Positions 43,341-50,169 of a DNA stretch of 56,201 nt are shown here, piece after piece. Origin of the DNA: an uncultured Nitrospira sp. GTDB lineage: Bacteria; Nitrospirota; Nitrospiria; Nitrospirales; Nitrospiraceae. Position 1 is the stretch's first letter, and each line of letters starts with the position of its first letter. Made by a program: the position numbers and the translations under genes. The stretch lies in contig CAYHQK010000001.1 of the NCBI GenBank assembly GCA_964358535.1, forward strand, positions 1 through 56,201. Reading direction: 5' to 3'. The notes under the pieces were generated by a model that saw only the letters and a list, made by a program, of their open reading frames with translations, was not told where the DNA came from and ran no database searches.

Positions 43341-43484
43341 GTGCTACCCTCCCTGAGATTAGAGCAATCGCCGCATAAGCCGTCTAGCCAGTAAGCCACT
43401 GCGCTAACATGGTTGTCTGAGCTATCGTATGGAGGGGAAGTCTACGCGGAATCCGACACTTGTTCAAATCCTCTATTTGAGGGT

Positions 43485-43568
43485 GGCCTGGAGAGTCCCC
43501 AACTGCGCGCGTCCAACGAGGGCCTTCTCAGGCCGCGCGTTGCGCGAGCACGGGGGACTCACCGGGCC
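43485..43568. repeat. Type-B extended-hairpin repeat, solo copy
   Basis: GGCCTGGAGAGTCCCC / GGGGGACTCACCGGGCC arms; core AACTGCGCGCGTCCAACGAGGGCCTTCTCAGGCCGCGCGTTGCGCGAGCAC; apical stem GGCCT-tctc-AGGCC. Confidence 0.8.
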
Positions 43569-43679
43569 AGCTCATCTCCGATGGCGAGGTTGATTGCTGC
43601 AGAATCTCGATGACTACGACTTCGTCGCATCCTGAAACATTGCGGCACCTTAGCGCCTTGTCTGTCAGAGCCTTGCGAA

Positions 43680-44108
43680 TCACGGCAGCGTCTTCAGCCA
43701 AGCCTGAATGTCGGCAATCTGTTGCTCGGTCAAGGCGTCTTTTAAATGCGGCATCATGTGCCGCCCTTCGGACAGAATTCTCCAGAATGCCTGCTCGTTC
43801 GACGACACGGGATTGCCAGCCAACCGAGGGCCGATGCCTCCTGTCGCTCGCGAGCCATGACAGACGACGCAACTGGCGTTGTAGAGTCCCTCGCCTCGCT
43901 GGCTGTCCCCCATGGGATGCCTCAATGCCATCCCCCTCGAACTATGTTTATCGGCGCCCTCTGGGCCACCGTCGCTCGCCCAAACAAGATAACCATCCTC
44001 GTTGAGGGAGGCTCCCAGGAATAACACAAAGAGCGCAAAGCAAATCACCAACTGTTGCATGGACATCAATCCATTTCTCCTCCCCCTATCACGGAAACAC
44101 TCCATCAT
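43680..44108 (-). CDS. c-type cytochrome (monohaem)
   Basis: Signal-like N-terminus, CVVCHG motif, ...GRHMMP... distal Met; start ATG overlaps the upstream stop (ATGA at 44105..44108). Confidence 0.75.
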   Translation of the reverse strand: MMECFRDRGRRNGLMSMQQLVICFALFVLFLGASLNEDGYLVWASDGGPEGADKHSSRGMALRHPMGDSQRGEGLYNASCVVCHGSRATGGIGPRLAGNPVSSNEQAFWRILSEGRHMMPHLKDALTEQQIADIQAWLKTLP

Positions 44109-44575
44109 TTGCGTTTCGCCGGGCCTTCATTTCTGAGGAGAGCCAGATACGCCAAGGTGTCCGTGAGTTCCTGAGTCGTCATGGTGGTGTCAGGAAACAT
44201 GCCTGTGCCGGGATGGCCTTCGCGTATGGCGTTGAAGCGGGCTTTGTCGCTGGTCAATTGAAGGCTCTTGGGATTCCGCAAATCGGCAGGCTGCGGATTC
44301 AGTTGTGCAATGAGCGCAGCGGTGTCGGCAGCGAGTTGCGGTTGCCGATCTCGATACCCATCGATACCATGACAATAGCAGCAGACGCCCTTCCCGTTGA
44401 AGACCTCTCTGCCACGTCCGGCATCGCTTTGATCTGTCGCGCTCTTCTTCGACGACCGGGGACCGGCCCAGACAGGCATGTCGAATATCTCCGTGAACTG
44501 GATCGCCGACAATCCCACGAGGAGGAAGCAGACAAGAGAGAGCCCCCTGAGAATCTTGCTCGTCCGGTCAGTCAT
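44105..44575 (-). CDS. c-type cytochrome (monohaem)
   Basis: TM/signal anchor, CCYCHG motif, ...HPGTGMFP...; Met 44575 with SD AAGGA preferred to track start 44617. Confidence 0.75.
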   Translation of the reverse strand: MTDRTSKILRGLSLVCFLLVGLSAIQFTEIFDMPVWAGPRSSKKSATDQSDAGRGREVFNGKGVCCYCHGIDGYRDRQPQLAADTAALIAQLNPQPADLRNPKSLQLTSDKARFNAIREGHPGTGMFPDTTMTTQELTDTLAYLALLRNEGPAKRK

Positions 44576-44601
44576 CACATCATCCTTCCATTCAATTTTT
44601 A

Positions 44602-45081
44602 TCAGTGCTGTCCGCAACAGACCTTATAACGGTCCTCCGGAATGTTCTTCATATTCAGAAAAACTGTTTCGCGTTCTTCCGCACTGGTTACCTGATCGAT
44701 GGAGGGATAGAGCACCCGCTCTTCTTTCATGTTGTGAGAACCGAGCAGAGTCAACAGCGATTGCTCTTCTTGATCGCTGTCGGGGTTTTGCTCCGCGACC
44801 TTCTGGTAAATGACTTCGAGTTGTTCTCCGATCTGGCGATGTTCGTTTCGCATGACGAAAGTCGGTCCGCCTTCAGCCATGCCGGTTTTCTCTTCCCAGA
44901 GAGGAAACAACAGATCCTCTTCCCAGACGATATGACGCTGCAAGCCGACCTTGAAGTCTTCGAACGCGTCCTTGGCCTTGGCGAAATCGGACCGCTTCAT
45001 CTTCTGAAAGGTCTTGAACAACTCATCCAACCGGTCGTGATCCTCTTCAAAGAACGCGCTGATCGTCTTGCGCTCACTCAT
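44602..45081 (-). CDS. Hemerythrin (HHE cation-binding) domain protein
   Basis: ...FFEEDHDRLDELF..., ...LQRHIVWEEDLLFP..., ...NEHRQI..., ...HNMKEERVLYP... His/Glu ligand pattern of hemerythrin-like domains. Confidence 0.8.
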   Translation of the reverse strand: MSERKTISAFFEEDHDRLDELFKTFQKMKRSDFAKAKDAFEDFKVGLQRHIVWEEDLLFPLWEEKTGMAEGGPTFVMRNEHRQIGEQLEVIYQKVAEQNPDSDQEEQSLLTLLGSHNMKEERVLYPSIDQVTSAEERETVFLNMKNIPEDRYKVCCGQH

Positions 45082-45130
45082 AGGGTCCCTCCGTAGACAC
45101 TAGCTGCCAGGTGTTCAAACAGGCCGTCCT

Positions 45131-45240
45131 CTTCGTACGTCACTCGCAAATCGTAAACGAGACAGGCGCGACTCGCACAGATGAAACCTCCGACCCTTCT
45201 CGCTCTTCTCGCAAGACCCGCGAGATACGTTTCACGAACC
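45131..45240. repeat. Type-C palindromic element (degenerate copy)
   Basis: ...TCGTAAACGAGAC ... CGCGAGATACGTTTCACGAACC; shares GAGATACG(C/T)TTCACGA with 15466 and 48109. Confidence 0.5.
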
Positions 45241-45807
45241 GCTTTTGACTTTATACTCCAAATGACAGGCCACGCAGGCCTTCAATACGTTGTTGAATTG
45301 CGGCAGGATCAGTTTTAAATCTTTCGTAGGAATGATACGCGCCAATTCCTCCACCGCCGCTTGGTGCGCTTGAGCCAATTCAGCATAGTCAGGAGGACGC
45401 GGCCCCGGCTGCTGCGCCTCGGGGCGAGGCGCGTCTTGGCGCGCCAGGGATTGGGTTGGTGAGAGAAGATGCCGATGCAGGAAAAATCCGAGGTGCGACT
45501 CGGTCAGGCCTTTCGCCAACTCATAGTCCTCTTCGACCAGCGCGTTCACGATCACTTGAATCGTTTCCAGATGCTGCAACATGACCGCGCGATGCTCTTT
45601 TCCAGCCGATGGAGACAAGGGAATAGGCTGCCTGGTATCGGAGGTGAGATAGGGATTCGAGCGCGCTTCCTCCCGATAGGGCTCTCTCTCGACACAACCG
45701 GCTGATAACACAGCCAAAATGGCCACCAGCGCCACTTCCCAGAGAATGACCTGTGTCCCTCTATATAATGGTAGCGATAAAATCCGAGACATTTGCACAT
45801 CTCCCAA
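45232..45807 (-). CDS. Cytochrome c'-like (class II) haem protein, lipoprotein-type signal
   Basis: LSAGC lipobox, helical body, single CVACH motif 11 residues from the C-terminus as in class II cytochromes c. Confidence 0.55.
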   Translation of the reverse strand: MGDVQMSRILSLPLYRGTQVILWEVALVAILAVLSAGCVEREPYREEARSNPYLTSDTRQPIPLSPSAGKEHRAVMLQHLETIQVIVNALVEEDYELAKGLTESHLGFFLHRHLLSPTQSLARQDAPRPEAQQPGPRPPDYAELAQAHQAAVEELARIIPTKDLKLILPQFNNVLKACVACHLEYKVKSGS

Positions 45808-45829
45808 TAAAATCAGATTGTTAGAGCCA

Positions 45830-46789
45830 TCAGGCCGTCTTTTCAGCCTTTTCCACCTGTTCCCAGTAGGCGTTCACCCTGCCCTGAATATGAGCGATCA
45901 CGTCTGTCTGTACCGTCGGCTCGAACAGGTGGCGGAACCGGCCTTGAAGCTTGAGGTAATCTTCAACCGGCTGGAGCTTGGGCCTGTAGGTATGCACCAC
46001 TGCTCCATTGAGCGCTTCCTTGAGCGGCCAGAGCCCGCACTCGACCGCGAGCCTCGCCACGTCCGGCGTATGGGCTGGATCGAAGAGCCACCCGGTCGGG
46101 CAGGCGGCAAATGCAAGAAACAGTTTCGGGCCTGGATAGGCTGCTGCTCGTGCAAACTTTTCTTCGAGATCGAGCGGAAAGCGCGGCGACACGGTCGCCA
46201 TGTAGGGAGGCTTGTGGGCGCGCCAGATTTCGAAGATGTCTTTCTTCTCCTGCGTCGTCCCGGACGGATGTTGCGCCGCGCATGGCGACGTTGAGGTGCA
46301 GGCTCCATAGGGTGTGGCAGGACTGAGCTGCACGCCGGTATTGCCGTAGGCTTCGTTGTCGTAGCAGAAATAGTAGAAGTCCAACTTTCTGGTGATGGCT
46401 CCGGATGTCGAGGAGAGGGCCATGTCGTAGGTCGAACCGTCGCCGCCTAACACCACGACTTTCAGATCCTCTTCTTTCGGCAGCCGGCCTTTCGCGATCA
46501 ACACATCGAGCGCATCCCGCACCCCCTGCGCGCCGGCCGGCGCAGAGCCCATCGTCGTGTAGAGCCAGGAGGCATCGAGCGGCGTAAAGGGAAAAGCCGC
46601 CAAGTTCGTAAAGCAGCCGGCCGCATTGACGTAGACGACGTGACTGCCGAGCACTTTGGACGCGAGCCGCAAAGATTCCAGCCCACCGCAGCCGGCGCAC
46701 AACGACGTCCCGGGAAACACGTGCTCCTCACGGGGGATCTGATGCAGCTCTTTGAAGATGTGGGGCTCCCAGGCCATATCGTCTTTCAC
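45830..46789 (-). CDS. porB: Pyruvate/2-oxoacid:ferredoxin oxidoreductase beta (TPP-binding) subunit
   Basis: ...CAGCGG..., ...VVVLGGDGSTYDMALSSTSGA...YFCYDNEAYGNTGVQ... TPP motif; GTG start overlaps porA stop. Confidence 0.85.
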   Translation of the reverse strand: MKDDMAWEPHIFKELHQIPREEHVFPGTSLCAGCGGLESLRLASKVLGSHVVYVNAAGCFTNLAAFPFTPLDASWLYTTMGSAPAGAQGVRDALDVLIAKGRLPKEEDLKVVVLGGDGSTYDMALSSTSGAITRKLDFYYFCYDNEAYGNTGVQLSPATPYGACTSTSPCAAQHPSGTTQEKKDIFEIWRAHKPPYMATVSPRFPLDLEEKFARAAAYPGPKLFLAFAACPTGWLFDPAHTPDVARLAVECGLWPLKEALNGAVVHTYRPKLQPVEDYLKLQGRFRHLFEPTVQTDVIAHIQGRVNAYWEQVEKAEKTA

Positions 46790-48027
46790 TTGCCCGTTTT
46801 GAGATCGTGCGCGAGATATTGCAACTGCTCCATCTCCCGATGCTCGCTTTCCGTATAGAGCAGGACCGGCCCGATCCCTTGGCCGCGGATTCCCGCCTCT
46901 GCCGTCTGTTCAAAGATCGCCCGGAACTCGCCTTCCGAGATATTTTTGCCTCCCAAGCCTCCGATGAACGAACAGAGCGCCCGCGGCCGCAACGCTTCAT
47001 GGTACAGACAGGCTGCGACCTCCTGAAAGAGAATGCCTCCCTGCCCCGGAGAGAGATTCTGATCCAACACTGCCACGGCCCGCCTGCCCTGCAAGGCCTG
47101 GCGGATCGCATCGGCCGGCCAGGGGCGGATCATGCGCAGCCGTAACAGGCCCACTCGCTTGCCCTCTGCCCTGGCCACATCGACCGCTCCCTTGCCTTTG
47201 CTCGCAAAGGCGTTGGTCATGATCAACACATCCTCCGCGTCATCGAGCCGATACCCCTCAACCACGTCGTAGCGGCGGCCACAGAGTCGCTCGAACTCGA
47301 CCGCAGCCTCCTCGTGAACACGCAAGGCATTCATCGAGGCGAGATGCATCTGGTGCCGGAAGTAACTGTACGTGGCGCCGCCGAATACCGCTGTCCCCAA
47401 CGCATGGGGCGCCGAGGCTTTGAAGCCCAAATGAGTCGGCCGAAAGGGCGGCAGAAAAGCCTGCACCATCGCGGGGTCCGGCAGGACCACCGGCTCGCGA
47501 GTGAAGGACAAATAGAATCCGTCGAGGTTAACCATAACCGGCAGGCAGACGCGCGGATCTTCTGCGATGCGATAGGCCATGAGAATCGAGTCCACGACCT
47601 CCTGACAGGTCTCCGCATGGATCTGGAGAAAACCGGAATCGCGCGCCGCCAGCACATCGTTGTGATCCGGCTCCAGCGTGATGGGAGAAGCCAGGGCCCG
47701 CGAAACATTCACCAGCACCAAGGGCACCCGCCAGCCGGCGATGGTGTATAGCACTTCAAACGCATGGAGCAGCCCCTGGCTCGACGTGGCCGTGAACACG
47801 CGGGCCCCAGTCGCAGCAGCAGCCCCCGCCGCAGTCATCATCGAATGCTCCGAGTCCAAGGTGACGAAGCGAGCGTTCAAGGTTCCATTGCCACACCAGG
47901 CTGACAGGGCCTCGACGATTTCCGTTTGCGGAGTGATCGGAAAGGCCGGCACATAATCGACGTCAGCCAGGCGAGCCCCCCAGGCCGCAGCAAAATTGCC
48001 GGTCATCATGTCTGCGGTCATCGCCAT
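46786..48027 (-). CDS. porA: Pyruvate/2-oxoacid:ferredoxin oxidoreductase alpha subunit
   Basis: MTGNFAAAWGARLADVDYVPAFPITPQTEIVE......FV.LDSEHSMMTAAGAAAATGARVFTATSSQGL. Confidence 0.85.
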   Translation of the reverse strand: MAMTADMMTGNFAAAWGARLADVDYVPAFPITPQTEIVEALSAWCGNGTLNARFVTLDSEHSMMTAAGAAAATGARVFTATSSQGLLHAFEVLYTIAGWRVPLVLVNVSRALASPITLEPDHNDVLAARDSGFLQIHAETCQEVVDSILMAYRIAEDPRVCLPVMVNLDGFYLSFTREPVVLPDPAMVQAFLPPFRPTHLGFKASAPHALGTAVFGGATYSYFRHQMHLASMNALRVHEEAAVEFERLCGRRYDVVEGYRLDDAEDVLIMTNAFASKGKGAVDVARAEGKRVGLLRLRMIRPWPADAIRQALQGRRAVAVLDQNLSPGQGGILFQEVAACLYHEALRPRALCSFIGGLGGKNISEGEFRAIFEQTAEAGIRGQGIGPVLLYTESEHREMEQLQYLAHDLKTGK

Positions 48028-48029
48028 CT

Positions 48030-48129
48030 CCGTCGTTCGTGAAGCGTCGCTCGTCGTTCGCGGAACAATCTCGGAACCTTCCGCAATGCTTGCTGCTTGC
48101 GCTTCACGAGATACGCTTCACGATTCACG
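48030..48129. repeat. Type-C palindromic element between porGD and porA
   Basis: CGTCGTTCGTGAAGCGTCGCTCG (48031..) pairs with CGAGATACGCTTCACGATTCACG (..48129); overlaps the last codons of porGD. Confidence 0.65.
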
Positions 48130-49026
48130 TCCGACCTCCGTCTCCCGCTCGACCGTCAAGGCATCGGTCGGACAGACTTCGACGCAATCCAAGCAGCCTT
48201 TGCAATGAGGATAGTAAATCGCCGGTTTGCCATCCGGCTTGATCGTGATCGCCCCCTCCGGACAGTTGGCAAAACAGAGCCAGCAGCCATTGCACAGGTC
48301 CGGACGCAAGACTGGCCGAAACGTGCGCCAGCCTGCCACCGAGCGGATCGCTGAATTAGGGCCTGCGGTAATTCTTGCGGTCCCTCTGGTCGGCGGGTCG
48401 TAGGTTGGTGTGCGAAGCGGCACCGGCGCCGACGGCCTGCGTAAGCCGACATCGATGTCCACCATCGGCACCCTCTCATAACAGTGCGCAGCCACAGTTT
48501 GATTACGTTCGATCATGGAAGCCGCAAGTCCGAGCTCCGCCAACTCCCGTGCAATGGCTTCGCGGATCGACTCCTGACCAAGCCCAACGAGTCTGCCCGC
48601 CACGGCACCGAGCAGGGCGCTGATCGCGGTTCGTTTGCCAAACTGCTGCAGGGCGATACCAGTCAAATCCAGCGTAGTGAAACGGCCAGGCAGAGAGGTC
48701 TGGGACTGGAGTTGCTCGGCTGTGAACGACGAATTGACGAAGACGACCGTCCGTTCATCGATCCCGTCCAGCACATGGGCCGCAGGATCGTGCATGAGCG
48801 AGGCATCGGCGATGACGACAAGATCGGGATGGACGATGACGCCCCGCTCGCGAATCGGCTCCTTGGCCATTCTCGTGAAGGCCGCCACCGGCGCGCCGCG
48901 CCGTTCCGGCCCATAAATCGGCGAATCCTGCGCTACGAACCCTTCGAGGAACGCCGCCGTTCCCACGATGCGGCTCGCAGTCCTGGCTCCCTGCCCCCCT
49001 CGGCCATGAAAACGAACGGCTCGCAT
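48118..49026 (-). CDS. Fused gamma + delta (2x[4Fe-4S] ferredoxin) subunit of pyruvate/2-oxoacid:ferredoxin oxidoreductase
   Basis: N-terminal RFHGRGGQGARTASRIVG (gamma), C-terminal CNGCWLCFANCP ... CKGCLDCVEVCP (delta). Confidence 0.8.
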   Translation of the reverse strand: MRAVRFHGRGGQGARTASRIVGTAAFLEGFVAQDSPIYGPERRGAPVAAFTRMAKEPIRERGVIVHPDLVVIADASLMHDPAAHVLDGIDERTVVFVNSSFTAEQLQSQTSLPGRFTTLDLTGIALQQFGKRTAISALLGAVAGRLVGLGQESIREAIARELAELGLAASMIERNQTVAAHCYERVPMVDIDVGLRRPSAPVPLRTPTYDPPTRGTARITAGPNSAIRSVAGWRTFRPVLRPDLCNGCWLCFANCPEGAITIKPDGKPAIYYPHCKGCLDCVEVCPTDALTVERETEVGRES

Positions 49027-49030
49027 CGGG

Positions 49031-49387
49031 TTATGTCCTCAGTGCTGCCTGAGTCTCCCCCGCTTGTGCGCAGGCCACACAGGCAGGGGCAGCAGGGAGC
49101 GCCTCCAGCCTGGACTGGGGGATGTCCTGTCCACATTGCTCGCATCGGCCATACCGCCCGGCCTCCAGCTTGACGAGCGCCCGGTCGATCGCCTCAATCT
49201 CGGCCTTCATCCGCTCATCCAGACGATCAAGCAGCTGAACCATCGTCTCCCCCTGCCCTCGCTCCTGCGCTTCGCTTTCGACATCGGTTTCCAGCCAGAG
49301 CAGCTCGTCTTCCGTCTGGGCAACCTGACGAAACAGCTCACGCCGTTGAGCGAGTAACTTCTTTCGAATATCGGCGACCGTGAGCAT
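49031..49387 (-). CDS. TraR/DksA family C4 zinc-finger protein
   Basis: Coiled-coil then GRYGRCEQCGQDIPQSRLEALPAAPACVACA; Met 49387 has SD GGAGGG 8 nt upstream. Confidence 0.75.
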   Translation of the reverse strand: MLTVADIRKKLLAQRRELFRQVAQTEDELLWLETDVESEAQERGQGETMVQLLDRLDERMKAEIEAIDRALVKLEAGRYGRCEQCGQDIPQSRLEALPAAPACVACAQAGETQAALRT

Positions 49388-49415
49388 CACAACGCCCTCC
49401 CTCATAACGGCAACG

Positions 49416-49727
49416 TCAGCTACAACATTTATCCATTTTTTCCTTCACAGCCTCTCGTCCCGCCTTGACCGCCGCCTCGACATCCGCGGCTTTCTCTGCA
49501 ATGAAATGCTTCCCCCGCTCAATGGTCTCATCAAGGGCGGCTCGCGCCTCCTTCGCCTTCTCCAGGACTTCCTCCTCGGCCCTCCTGGCATATCTCTTCA
49601 AATCCTGGCGCGTTTCCTCTCCCGACTTCGGGGCGAGAAGCAGACCCGCCACCACTCCGGCCACGGCTCCCCCTAAGAATGCCAGTGCAACAGCCTGTCC
49701 TGAACATTTGCTCTCGTGATTGTCCAT
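49416..49727 (-). CDS. YtxH domain protein
   Basis: ...FLGGAVAGVVAGLLLAPKSGEETRQDLK... is the YtxH signature; ATG 49727 sits 7 nt after SD AGGAGG. Confidence 0.75.
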   Translation of the reverse strand: MDNHESKCSGQAVALAFLGGAVAGVVAGLLLAPKSGEETRQDLKRYARRAEEEVLEKAKEARAALDETIERGKHFIAEKAADVEAAVKAGREAVKEKMDKCCS

Positions 49728-49769
49728 GATCATTCCTCCTTGGATAAACAGGGTCCTGTTCGATTGAAA

Positions 49770-49785
49770 AGCGAAGGCCGTGCCA
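49770..49785 (-). promoter_or_regulatory. sigma-54-type -24/-12 promoter-like element (TGGCACggcctTCGCT)
   Basis: Perfect -24 block, GC at -12 with canonical spacing; about 43 nt upstream of the ytxH ATG. Confidence 0.5.
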
Positions 49786-49972
49786 GAAAAACAGAAACAG
49801 CACATGGTCGATTGCTGTGATTTGACAAGGCCTTAAGGAATTGCGTGAAGAGAGAAGCCCTGTCTCCTGGGGCATTCCAGGTCTCACGAAAAATGAGACC
49901 TGGCGCGAAAGGCAACAATCCCGCTTGAATAAAAGGGAGTGGCTGCGCAGACTGTTTTATACACCATATATT

Positions 49973-49987
49973 GTGGAACGGTTCCAC
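49973..49987. promoter_or_regulatory. Perfect palindrome GTGGAAC-G-GTTCCAC in divergent intergenic region
   Basis: 7+1+7 inverted repeat read directly from the sequence. Confidence 0.4.
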
Positions 49988-50031
49988 CCTTGCTACACTT
50001 CACTTCCGTAAGTGAAAACAATGGCAACTCT

Positions 50032-50049
50032 ATAGTGTGCGCACACTAT
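50032..50049. promoter_or_regulatory. Perfect 18-bp palindrome ATAGTGTGC|GCACACTAT (candidate operator)
   Basis: Read directly; about 120 nt upstream of the sensor kinase start at 50170. Confidence 0.45.
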
Positions 50050-50169
50050 GTGGAAGCCCATCTGTTCCAGGTGCGCAACCAGTTACAGCCCTTCAAGGGG
50101 GTAAGTCTACCGAGTTTCCTGCCTGAAACCGGATAACGCGGCACAGCCTATGGGTGCAGAATCGAACCA

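Noticed and set aside
43463-43471. TTCAAATCC (tRNA T-loop-like) next to the low-GC island, as a possible tRNA-derived attachment site
   Set aside because: The flanking bases do not form a T-stem or acceptor stem. I also found no matching direct repeat at the other island border.
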